Shown: positions 30,989 through 42,577 of the stretch, piece after piece
Numbering within the stretch: the stretch's first letter is position 1
How the letters are laid out: every line of letters starts with the position of its first letter
Assembly: GCA_051362555.1 (NCBI GenBank)
Contig: CM120640.1
Span: 25,530,225-25,594,224, forward strand
Direction of reading: 5' to 3'
Source of the DNA: Lingula anatina
Lineage: Eukaryota; Animalia; Brachiopoda
DNA: 64,000 nucleotides
The notes under the pieces: generated by a model
The model's database searches: none
Told to the model about the DNA's origin: nothing
Seen by the model: the letters and a program-made list of their open reading frames with translations, nothing else
Position numbers and translations under genes: made by a program

Positions 30989-32425
30989 ATGGTAATCACA
31001 AGAAGACAAGCCCAAGTAAACAACAATGAAGCCATAAGTTCAAATGGTGTGACCCAAAATGGTTACCATGACAGCAAGACCATATCTGATGATAAGATGT
31101 CTCCTCATTGGAAAAACTCCTGGCTCAGCAATTTTTTCCACTGCACCGTCTGGCCCTTCATCTTGATACTGGGATCTTCTCAGGGCATTATGCTGTTGTG
31201 GTACACGGCAAAGAAGTGCGATGGAAGTTTTTCAACATTGGGAGGCATGTTCACTACAAAAGGAGTGCTTGGAGTTCTGGTTGACATTTGGAGCTCAGTG
31301 AACATCTGCACAAAGTTCAGTGTGCTGGTTCTTCTGTCCTTTTTCAGTTTCCAGCTCGTTTTGATGCGCTTTCTACCAGGAAAGACAGTCTATGGTCCCC
31401 TCACACCAAATGGACATAGACCAGTGTACAAGGACAATGGCTTCTATTGTTATATTGTTTCTGTTTCTGCTCTTTTTATTTTACAGTATTTCTTGAAACA
31501 GTATTCTCTCTCTGTTACAATAGTTTATGATAGATTTGAGGAATTTTTAGCAACATTAAGCATATTCAGTGGAGTCTTTTGTATCTTTTTGTACATTAAG
31601 GGGAGGGTAGCTCCCTCTCCAGGAGAATGGGAGGTTACTGGGAATTATATTTTTGATTACTTTTGTGGTATAGAGTTATATCCCAGGATTTTTGGGTTTG
31701 ATGTAAAAGTTTTTACAAACTGCCGGTTTGGCATGACAGTATGGCCCCTCCTCATATGTATTCATGCCATGAAAAGCTACGAATTGTATGGCTTTGTAGA
31801 CAGCATGTTTGTCAGTGCTACCTTACAGATGATGTATATGACTAAGTTCTTCTGGTGGGAATCTGGCTACATGGGTACTTTGGACATTATGATGGACAGG
31901 GCAGGGTACTATATATGCTGGGGTTGTCTTGTTTTCATTCCTGGTTTGTATGCCATCACTACCTTCTACCTTGTCAGTCATCCTGTCAGGCTTGGATTTG
32001 GCCTCAGTATTGCTATCTTTACTGTTGGCAGCCTGGCCCTTGTCCTGAATTACTGGGCTGACTGGCAAAAACAGTATGTGAGGGCCAAGAATGGAGATTG
32101 CCTGCTATGGGGAAAACCACCACAGATGATCAAAGCTAAATACCAGCTGAAAACAGGGGAAGTGAAGGAAAGCCTGCTCTTAGCCTCAGGATTCTGGGGT
32201 GTCTCTCGTCACTTCCACTACCTGCCCGAGCTTCTCCATGCTTTCTGCTGGTGTTTGCCTAGTATGTTTCAAAACATTATGGCTTACACCTACTTCATCT
32301 GGTTGCTGATGCTGTTGGTTCACAGAACATACAGAGATGACTTGAAATGCAGTGTTAAATATGGGGAGCACTGGAAAGAGTACAAGGAACTGGTGCCATA
32401 TAAAATCATACCATATGTCTTTTAG
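30989..32425 (+). CDS. DHCR7: 7-dehydrocholesterol / sterol delta7-reductase (ERG4/ERG24 family), single coding exon, DWF5-like
   Basis: 478-aa multi-TM ORF with strong Kozak (gtcaccATGG) and an in-frame upstream TGA. Motifs GIELYPRI, FDVKVFTNCRFGM, TKFFWWESGY..TLDI..DRAGYYICWGCLV, LLASGFWGVSRHFHYLPE, HRTYRDDLKCSVKYG..W..Y...VPYKIIPYVF. 5'UTR intron 29820-30971. Confidence 0.92.
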   Translation: MVITRRQAQVNNNEAISSNGVTQNGYHDSKTISDDKMSPHWKNSWLSNFFHCTVWPFILILGSSQGIMLLWYTAKKCDGSFSTLGGMFTTKGVLGVLVDIWSSVNICTKFSVLVLLSFFSFQLVLMRFLPGKTVYGPLTPNGHRPVYKDNGFYCYIVSVSALFILQYFLKQYSLSVTIVYDRFEEFLATLSIFSGVFCIFLYIKGRVAPSPGEWEVTGNYIFDYFCGIELYPRIFGFDVKVFTNCRFGMTVWPLLICIHAMKSYELYGFVDSMFVSATLQMMYMTKFFWWESGYMGTLDIMMDRAGYYICWGCLVFIPGLYAITTFYLVSHPVRLGFGLSIAIFTVGSLALVLNYWADWQKQYVRAKNGDCLLWGKPPQMIKAKYQLKTGEVKESLLLASGFWGVSRHFHYLPELLHAFCWCLPSMFQNIMAYTYFIWLLMLLVHRTYRDDLKCSVKYGEHWKEYKELVPYKIIPYVF

Positions 32426-33091
32426 ATTTCTCTACTAGTAACCAGTACATCAGGAAACAAAGTAGACAATGCTGCAATTGTTTGACTTTAGAACAATTCT
32501 GGAGGTTAAAGGGATGAAATGGAATGAGTATTGAATATGATATTTCTTTCCTGTGGGTCCTAAAATGATTTAAAGGACATTGAATGGTAACATAGGTGTT
32601 AACATCTTTAACTAAAAATGAGGTGGTGTAGACTGTTTAGTATAGTCTTCCATAACTTTCAGTTAATTCTCTTCTCAGAATGCAGTGAAAATGTAAATAT
32701 TTTGTAAATTAAATAATTTAGAACTTGAAATGTTATATATACATAAGTTTATGAAAATTATTCTGCTCCCAAATTTCTTTAAAAAAAAATTGAATAGATA
32801 CCAATTGATTAAGCCAAATAAAATTGACAAGTTGGGTTATAGGGCCAACCAACCCTAATTTTAAGAATTTTTTGCACTACTGACTGACCCCAAAATTTAG
32901 CTTTTAATGTTCATTAAACATGTTTAAAAGAACACATACAAATATTTTTGTGTAGCAATCAGTTTGTTTAGAGTCATTGCTTGTTAGGCGATTTCTTAAT
33001 TACGTCTGTTTTTTTTTCTGTTGGTGGTTTGGAGATTGTGAAAACAAAGGACTCAACTTTATAGTTTTGTTGGTTTCTTTTGTGTAAGTTT

Positions 33092-33257
33092 CAGGGGCGT
33101 AACCAGACCATTTAAAATTGTACGCACAGACTTTGAAAATTCCCAGGTACGATTATATTCCTTGAAAAATACACTGAATTTATGGAGAATAATATCATGG
33201 TTGGCTCAAAAAATTGTACGCACAGTGCATCCGTGCGTATGCCTGGTTACGCCCCTG
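33092..33257. mobile_element. CAGGGGCGTA-type MITE with perfect 5-bp TSD
   Basis: 15-bp perfect TIR caggggcgtaaccag / ctggttacgcccctg; TSD agttt (33087-33091, 33258-33262); internal direct repeat aaattgtacgcacag; inside the probable DHCR7 3'UTR. Confidence 0.85.
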
Positions 33258-35274
33258 AGTTTCACAGTAATATAACCTTTCAGGATAGACAGCATATAAT
33301 GGTATCTGGTGTGTGTTATAGGGCCTCGTAAATATATATATATATAATGTCTTCCATGTTGAGCAGTTTCAGGTATGAATATAGGTCATCAGGTATGTAT
33401 TATGCTATTGTTATTATTATTTTCATTGGCATTTTAACTTTAATATTTTGTTTTTGATTGATCTATTATTGGAAGTTTATTAACCTTGAACTATCATTGA
33501 ATAAGGATTTTATATGATTAAAGTAGTGACATGTAACTAAGTTTACTTACCAAATGAGTGAAAAGGATATGTTGTATTACAGTATGAGGCATTGAAATAT
33601 GCTAGTAAGCACTAGTATGTTTCTACATTCAATGGAAAAGAATTCCTCCAGATTGATGTTCTGATAGAACATGCTGTTGTGAAATGTTTTGAAATGATTC
33701 AAATTCAGATTCATTGTAAGTTATTGCATATTTATGCACATGTATCTTGTATGTTTAACTGCACCATTATCTCTGGTGGTACTGACATTTGACTCAATGG
33801 AAAATCCAGTACTCAAGAAACTTTTCTCTGTGGTTTAATGTGTTACATTTTAAATGTTAAGGATGAATAATGTGCATACTTTAAATGCATAATTGCACTT
33901 TCCATTATCAGGTGTGGAGATAATATCAGCTTTTTATTTGTGAGTAAATTGATAGGCTCACAAAACTTTCACCTTATGTTTATTATTATTATTCATTGCA
34001 GTAGTTATAGCAATTTACAATGTTTTCTTATACTGATAAGGGTGGATTCAGTGGAGTGTTCAGATTTATAATAATTTAGGTATTGATTTACAGTCTTTGC
34101 TGTTTGTTATCTCTTTGGGGGTGTGATCTGAATCTGAATCGGAATAATATGACCATTGATCTTCAGACTTTGCTGTTTGTGTTCTCTTCTTGAGATTTTG
34201 AGTAAGTAAGGTCTGAAGTAAACCTTTTAATGAATAGTGCTATTTTAGTATTTGGTCTTCGATACAGTTTTGTTGATGATGGATTTGACAGGGCTAGTAT
34301 AAAAGGATTTTGGGGTATCCAGGATCAATCTCTCATCAACTTTGTACAAATGATTTGTTTTGGTTAAAATATTCTGGCTGAAAAAAATTTGGCTAATAAC
34401 TAATGAAAATTTGCTTTTTTAAATTTTAGTGAATTAATTAATTAATTTTAGCTTAAAGACTTGAACACAAGTTCTGTTGAAATAAACTTGTGTCACATGT
34501 TTGTGTCACAAGGTTGACTTAACAAGGTTTGCTGCAGAAAAATGGTGGGCTGCATGGAATTGACTTGGTGATAACATTCTAAGACCTTTTTCAATTACTC
34601 CACTAATCTCTTTGCTAACATGCCAATGGTTGAGCATATTGACAATGCAATCAGAACTGTGTATTAAGATTTCTGATCTTGTAACATATTTTAAGACTGA
34701 CAAACTGAGTCCAAGACTGTAATGTTCTTTGTGAAATTATGAACTAGTTAGAACGGTTTATTGGTTTTTTAAATAGAGACTGTCAAATGAGTGGAATGTT
34801 TTTAATCTGTCAAGTTTTGTCTAAGTAAGATTTAAGTAAGTCGTATCAATAATTAAAATGGGTTGCTGTATTTAATGTCTTAGATCAAAAATAAACATTT
34901 CATGATTTGAAATGTCATTTTTAGCAATTCTCTCCTACTCGCGAGTCATTGTTCGACCGCGCTTGCACTTGAAATTGATGTTTTATTCAATTTTAAATTT
35001 AATTATTTAATTCTAACTAGCCAGTTTAAGTACTCTTTCGTCCTTTCTCCAACCGCGACCTCGGAGTCCTTGGTAAGGACGCCACAAGTAAGATGTGCGT
35101 AAAAGAAAGTGAGCTATAGTAAATGTGTCATTTTGGATTTTTTAAGAATCTTGAACGGTGTCTTATCATAGTGTTTGTAACACACTCCCACTAAAATGGG
35201 GAGGGGGGGGGGGCGATCTATTAACAAAATCTAAAAATGCGCCCCTGTGGTATTGGTCAGTAAGATGGTAAAAT

Positions 35275-37030
35275 ATCAGATACCTCATCACGATGCACTG
35301 TCATTTTTAAATGGTATTTAATAAATTTATTCTTGCCAAACGTACAGGATTCACTTTTAGAAAAATTTGGAGAAGTGAAAGGAAAAGGTGCACAATAAAA
35401 TCAATCGATTCGAAATGTATAAAATAATACAATTAGAATTCAAACGCCAAATATATTTAAACAAAAACGAACAAACGAAATAAACATACGGAAATATAAT
35501 CTTCCCCTAATATAGTAGTTCCGTTTGCTACTTCCCCCTTTATATTTCAACACAAAGACTTATGTTCATCGGTTTCGGGATACAATCGATCGAAGATCTC
35601 ACTATTTGAGAAAAGGGGTTTGCGTTGCAGGGATTTATTGGCATGTATTATATCAGCTTAAAAAATCATCAGATAAACAAATTTCACTATTAAACCCTTG
35701 CTGAAAGTGGTACAATTTAATGGCCGATAACATCACTTCTGTGATTGCAATAAGGCATATTAAACTTAATTCAGTATTGAATCGGTTCATCCTTTACACT
35801 TAAAAGTATAACCACTCGTCAAATATGCTGGGGGACTCTCTGTCACGTTTGACCCAAGTGGCACCAAAACTGGTTTTAGAACGAGCGACAAGGGTCTTAT
35901 AGTACCTGTATATAGCCACGGATGCAGAGTGATTGGTTTGAAGATGTAATGCCACGTGGCTCACAATCTGACAAAAGTACACACCTGATGTCAGGTGGGC
36001 CAACTTGCCCCTTGACACCCTGTATTTAAATAATGTAGCAGTCCATGTAAACGCCTGAATGTATTTTTACGCATTTTAATTGGTTTTGGGAGTTTTTGCT
36101 TATTTTGTAGGCCATATGAGGTCAGATATACTGCTTTTCTCCACGTTTCCTTCAATACGAAATGCATTTATGTTGACAAATCATAACTAAATACTGGGTT
36201 CAACTTGTATTGCCCCGAGCCATGTGGTCCAACAAGTCCCAGGTGCACATTTTATTTTAAAGGATTGCAGCCTTTTTTGGTGCTAGAATGAACTATGTTT
36301 AGGCAAGAAGTTACAACTTCTTGGTTTAGGCATTCCTGCGAAAGTTTAAACATTTAACTTTAGTTTGGTGCCCTGCACACATCCTTAATACTATCACAAG
36401 GCAATAAAAAAAGATGTTAAAGTCTCTTCAACAATGTTACTTTGTGATGCAGGAAACTTTTATTTCGACCCTCCGCTCAAATAAATCTTTTTAACGACGA
36501 CCGAAAACCTTGCTTGGCACTGTAGATATGGTCACTAGCTAGATTATGTGATCAATTTTTTTTTACCTCGTAGGTACTTTTCATAAATTGACCATGGGCA
36601 AACTTATCCTGTGGTCCAACTAACCCGGGTTTCCCCTATGGCCTACGGTGGTCCCAAATTTCCAATATGATAATTATAATACGCCTACAAATGATTTTTC
36701 ACGAAGAAAAGCGTAGTTAATAGTAGCAGGGAGGTGTACACCTCGATAAAAACGAACTGTGATTTTGAATAATGGCATATCAGATTAGTCATCATGACGC
36801 AATGCCAATTTTAAATGGTTATTTCTTACCAAACGATTAGGATTAACCTTTAGAAAAGCCTGGAGAAGTAACCGGAAAAGTTGCACAATAAACGAAATGG
36901 GTCGAAAGATAATTTCTTTTTACTGTAATAAAGAGCCCATATTATAATATGATAAAATTCAAACTTCAAATCAAAGAAAAGAACATATAGAAACATCATC
37001 TTCCCCTAATCTAGTGATTACGTTTACAAA
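35275..37030. repeat. Pair of diverged ~250-bp direct repeats (35275-35527 and 36778-37028)
   Basis: Colinear shared blocks: ttttaaatggt, ttctt[g/a]ccaaacg, tttagaaaa..tggagaagt, ggaaaag.tgcacaataaa, aattcaaac, atcttcccctaat.tagt. Confidence 0.65.
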
Positions 37031-37404
37031 CGCAAATAGCACTAGTGTTCGCCTTCTGGGATCCAACCGATTGAGATATCGGTAAGTGAGAGAACATGTA
37101 GCAGGGGAATTGAACTCCCAAGAACGCGGTCAGACCTGTCAACACTCCCGATCTCGTCGGGAGTATCCCGATTTGGGGACATATCTCCCGATTCATTGTT
37201 TTCTTTTGCACCAAGTACTTGAACAAAATGAAACACTTTGTCAATTTTTCTAGGGAACATACGTTACCTAGTATTAGCCATGACGCAAAGCCCCATTAGT
37301 TACAGTTTAAATATTTATAAAAACGCCCTTACGTCATATTTAATTTAACATGATCGAATCACTTCAAGTATATATAAGCACGCGTTATAAAAATTAAAAT
37401 TAGG

Positions 37405-38480
37405 TGGCCTGGAACATACGTTACCGGAACATACGTTACAGTGAAAAGCTATTTGTGTGGCTCCGAAAGAAAAACTAGCTCCTGTTTGAGATGTCAGGTG
37501 GTTCTTTCTGACGTCTGCTCGAGCTAAAGATTAGATGAGGTGTAAATAAAGTGTGAATAAATCCATAAAATCCTCAGTGACGATGTAGGCGAAGTAAATG
37601 ATTATGTCGTAATAAAAAAAATAATTCAAATACAGAAATGAATGTCAAAGACAGAAATAAATGTCAAACAAGACTATGCAAAGAAAAAATAATCGCCAAC
37701 GAGCGCAGTGAGCGCAGTGCCAAATACATACGGATGGAACATTATCATTATATATACAATCAAATTATTTTTCAGAAAATGGCGAAAACAAAAGCTGAGA
37801 TTTAAAAAAATCATCGATCTCGTAGGCCTAAAAAGAAAAATGAGGGTGACGCATATCTGGAAAGAGAAAGAAAACGAGTTCAAAAATACTATGTACCTTC
37901 CGCTTCCTTGAACAACCGTGAAAAACGAAATAGAAATGCGAAGACTAAATCACGATTCAAACGTAGACTTCACCAAAGGAAAGAAGAGCTCCTAGCTGCT
38001 ATAGAAGTTGCCAAGGCAAGTCCACAGCAATCACCACCGGAGAGGCTTGTTGTGTGTGCGAGGTGGCCACGACGTGGAGATAAAAGATGGAGAAGAAACT
38101 GAAGGCAGGCACAATGAACAATTAAAGAACTACAGACACAGGTAAATTCCACGAGAAAGAGGGATAATGCTATCCGGCAACGATTTAGCCATTGTAGAAG
38201 ACGAAATTTGAAATCATCTGAATTTCCCACAAGACCCAAAATTAAGACAGAACGCACCACACAGCAGGCTATGTTGAATTGGACCCAAGCTAACGCTGTG
38301 CAGAAGCAATTACTTTTATATCTCCTCCATCCCAGTGTTCCACAAACTTTCAAAGTCCCATTTATCACAAGAAAGAAGGCAAGAAAGAATATCGATCGAT
38401 TGTTCGAGATTTGGCCAAACAAGGCCGCTTTTATTTTAAACCCCACTACCCTAATCATTTTAGCAATAATAACAATGTAG
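37405..38480 (+). pseudogene. Decayed 5' part of a DNA transposon (possibly Sola2-like)
   Basis: Repeated ggaacatacgttac motif (about 37254, 37411, 37426), then from ATG 37779 a broken basic ORF MAKTKAEI*...EGDAYLEKERKRVQKYYVPSASLNNREKRNR resembling N-termini of invertebrate transposon proteins; stops and frameshifts; no catalytic domain visible. Confidence 0.4.
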
Positions 38481-38525
38481 CAAATTATCGCCTGTATTAA
38501 ATGTTATGGCATTAGGGATAATATA

Positions 38526-38695
38526 CAGGCCCGTAGCCAGCAATTTTAAAAGGGGGGGGGGGGTCTTTTTCTAAAAAAAGTGGACCTTTTCCCATAAAAC
38601 CCTCATGTGCTTAGATCAAATTTTACTCAGAATGGACCTTTTCCCAGCAAAAGGGGCGGTTCTTTCGAACCCCCTGAACCCCCCCTGGCTACGGG

Positions 38696-38699
<4 letters not shown>
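38526..38699. mobile_element. CAGGCCCGTAG-type MITE
   Basis: TIR caggcccgtagccag / ctggctacgggcctt (terminal base mismatched); flanked by atata on both sides. Confidence 0.75.

Positions 38700-38774
<75 letters not shown>
38700..38774. repeat. (TA)n(CA)n microsatellite
   Basis: About 31 TA units then a CA run, between the MITE and the Tc1 left TIR. Confidence 0.9.
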
Positions 38775-38777
<3 letters not shown>

Positions 38778-40152
38778 TGGACAAAAGAAGTGTCACCCGC
38801 TAACTCAGAGTAATGAAAGTAGGCAGATCTTGGGTACTTATAATGCCTGGTCTACTTATAATGTGACTAATGAGTATAAAACCGCTATACCATGGAATTG
38901 TATTGTTGGTCTTGTACATGTACAGCAAATGTTATTCCTGTCTTCCTCCAGTATGGCAAGATACAGGTAATTATATAACGGTTATAGGTGCAAGTTATTA
39001 ACCTGAAGAGGCGGAATATAAGCAATGTCAGAATATCGATACAATTGAATTGTTCAGTCAGAACCGTGCAGAGGGTCTGGTCTCGGTATAGAAACACTGG
39101 ATCAAGAGACAAATTGCCTCTGATGGGTCGTCCAAGAAAAAATACTGGCCGTGAAGACCGACGACTGATTTTGATAACCAGGTTGTCAAAGTTCGACACT
39201 GCTTGTCAGTTGACAAAACAGTGGAACAATTTCACACATAAGAATATGTCTGTGAAAATTGCTAGGCGTCGGTTACATGCTCAGAGAGTGTACAGCAGGG
39301 TAGCAAGACTGAAACCTCTTATATCGTTACAAAACAGGCAACGTAGAGTAAACTAGGGTCAACAGGATCTGGAACTGGACAGTTCATGACAATTGGTCCT
39401 ATATATTTTTTCTGATGAGTGTCGCTTTGGTCTGATCTCTGATGACAGACGGGTACTATGCTGGCAAACTGCTGGTAAAGCATTTGATCCACATGCACTG
39501 AATTTTCGAACCCGGAGCAGCATATTCATCATGGTGTGGGGCTGCATCAGCATCCATGGCTTGGGCGAATTGATAGTGGTTAATGGAAACATGAATAACT
39601 AGAAATATATCGATGTTTTGGAGTCAGGCTTGCTACCATCTATTACTAACATGTTTGGTGAAAGGAATTATCCATCTGTTCACCAGGATGACAATGCTCC
39701 TTGTCACAGGCCCAGAGCAGTTGATGATTGGTTTGACCAACAGGACATTCGCAGGGTGATGTGGCCTGCCCAGAGTCCGGATACAAACATAATAGAAAAT
39801 GTGTGGAATGATATGTCAAAACTTTTTACAAATGCCCGTCTAACCAGCAGAGAAACTCTGTTATATTCAGTGTTTCATGCTTGGGCCAGCATAAGCCCTG
39901 AACGCATCAGACAATTAAATGAATCCTTGCTTCGTAGACTGGCACCTATTATTAGGTCACGTGGCTATGCCACTAAGTACTAATTTTGGACTTGAAACTA
40001 CATATTTTGGTAGAATGTATATTTTGTTCTCATTTTGTGATTTTTTGTGAAATTTGATGTTAATAAAATGATACCAGGAGCATATCATTCCACAGTCATT
40101 TATCTCCCCCATAGTATTGGCTCAGTAGGGGTGACACTTCTTTTGTCCAGTG
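38775..40152 (+). mobile_element. Tc1-family (DD34E) transposon, full length, inactivated
   Basis: 24-bp perfect TIR cactggacaaaagaagtgtcaccc / gggtgacacttcttttgtccagtg in TA-repeat context. Transposase remnants from about 38953 to 39983: GRPRK, FSDECRF, MVWGCIS, HQDDNAPCH...WPAQSPDTNIIENVW with 34 residues between D and E; several stops and frameshifts. Confidence 0.93.
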
Positions 40153-41579
40153 TGTGTATATATATAACAGTTTAATCTAATGCAATTATTAAGGCCTAAT
40201 TAAATATGTGCGTCACATATTCACTTTCTTAAATGACCCACGTGGAAGATGACGTGGATCACATTCATCAAAATATCAGCAAGCTCATTGAACAGACTGC
40301 TAGTGCTCAGCTAAGTACAGGTAGATAAGATGTGGTCGTATGCGTCGGGGGCTTAAGGGTCTTTAAGCACTCGTATAAAAAGGTATGATTTGCGATATTT
40401 CTCCAGTTATGTTACTAAGAATTTGGGAGCCTCAGTTCAATGAAATGGCATGTCAATTTTCTTATTTCGAACTAAGACCCAACAATGAAAGTACAAGTCC
40501 GTGGCAAGTTTGTTTTGCCGTGCTAGTTTCATGTTTGATGCAGTAGTTTCGTTTAAAGAATTATGGGATACACTGCGCGTATTTATATGCGCATGCGAAT
40601 GATGTGACAAGAACATCATTGATTTGGCCCGAGTAGTAAGAGAGTGAACTACTGACGGGCCAAAATTTGCGATTCGCCTTTATCTTACTGAGGTAAGATT
40701 TTGAGGACAGTTGCGTATGATACAGGTCTTAGTCCTCCGTTGTTTGGCACATATGTGCAATATGCCTGTTTATCAAGATATTTCAATTTAGATCTACTTG
40801 CCTGTGACTAGTACAATTTATGATTTATAATTTAATAAAGTTGTAGACTTGCACTCCGTTGCATGTGTTGGCTGGTACATTCATATATTTATAATAGATT
40901 TTGACTATGTGCCTGGTTAGGGACCATGGAGTGCTCTCACTTTACACAGGTACTGCCATATGCCCAATAATATGGAAATTGTACATACAGTATGTCATCT
41001 ACATATGTGTAAGAATTTCAGATTGCACGTTCCAAATTCACATAACCAGTACATTGTGCGGATCGAAGGTCTGTGTACTGTGTAGACAGGGCATCTGTCT
41101 CTAGAATTTGGGATTTCAGAATTTGGAGTAAAATAATATAAGAATTGAGGCTTACTCACTTAGGCTAGGAAAATGTTTGCATGTGTGAGTGCATATATAT
41201 TAGTGGTGGGATCCCCCCCCCCCCTCCCCCGCCGCCTCACCAACAAAATGTCACAGTGATATCATTTTTAAACATCCAAATAACCTAGTTGTGCCAGTGG
41301 GTCATACATGTACCGAGTAATTACAAGAGAAGGTCAACATGAGCAACTTTGATTTGCAGGATTTGGTAGTAGACAGCAAGAAAACTTTAAGAGGCAATGT
41401 GCTTCAGAATTTGTTTCTATCTGCTAGTACCAGTAAATAAGAATTGTATATTCTTCCTCAATAATTGGGCCAATTTAAACCAATTAAGTGATTGCATCAT
41501 TGTGTTTGTTGTACCACAGTATTTAAATGAAGGGGTTGGGTTACTCTATTTTTGAACTATCAAACTTAGTTGAATCATA

Positions 41580-41687
41580 GTTCTAAACCGTACTAAATGG
41601 CACCGTGCATCCTCTAAAATAACAAAATTTTTTGGGCCCTTCATGGGGCCCCGAACCCCCCTTCAAATAATCCTGGATTTGCCCCTG
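41580..41687. mobile_element. Truncated copy of the 10369-10641 MITE
   Basis: Shares ttctaaaccg.ac.aaatggca, cctctaaaata, gggcccttca..gggccccgaacccc and ttcaaataatcct.gat...cccctg. Confidence 0.7.
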
Positions 41688-42577
41688 ATTAGTCATTTAA
41701 ATATGATCTTTTAACAATTATTTATCTCCAAAGGTCATGTCAGCTACTGGTAAACTAGGTAACAGTTTGTGTGGATGTAGAAAGAGAATCGCCTGATACC
41801 AATGGACAGCCAAACTAAGGTATGTTGATTCAAGTGATTATATATTTGATCTATAGATTTGGAATTATCTATGATTTTATGTGGATCCTAGTTCATGATT
41901 TATGCATCAACCAAGTTATCTTTGCATATCATGTGCTTTCTTTTTTATTATCATTTTATTGTTTCATGTCAGTGTTTTAAAAAGTTTTAAATAATTTGTA
42001 AGGGGCATTGATATTTTAATGGTTATTTTCATAATAATTATTATTATTGATATTGATTTAAAAAATGCTGCTAGAATTGAGCAAAAAGGTCTGTATGTTA
42101 TAAATGAATTTGCCATCAAGGGATATGCCTGAACAACGTGGCTATGAATAATGAATTACCAAGGATCTATGAAAATCAATTTGGCTGTCTGCATTACTTG
42201 CATAAATAGAGAGAAAGCTTATTACTTTGAAAACTGTCATATCCTATGGAAAAGTTGTAAGTACGAGGAAAAATTAAATATTTATGTGGCCCCTACATTT
42301 GTGGTGAGACTAAGCTATTGAATTTCAAATATCCTGTATTGATTGCCTAAGGTATAATATATACATGCACTAAATGAATTCATTAAAGGTAAAAGTCTAA
42401 GTAGTGTTTGCTCATTGATATATTTTGCATTTATCAGATAGTTATCCAGAGCTCTGTGCTTTGGACTTGAAGCCATTGCTCATTAATGCTGCACATATTG
42501 GATTATTTACAGCTTGTCACAGTTGGAATCGACCACTAACTGCTGCACACCTTTTCCATACTTCACCCTGTCTCCAG

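Noticed and set aside
38605-38970. 121-aa ORF with (YI)n repeat
   Set aside because: Artefact of reading through a MITE, the (TA)n microsatellite and the Tc1 TIR.
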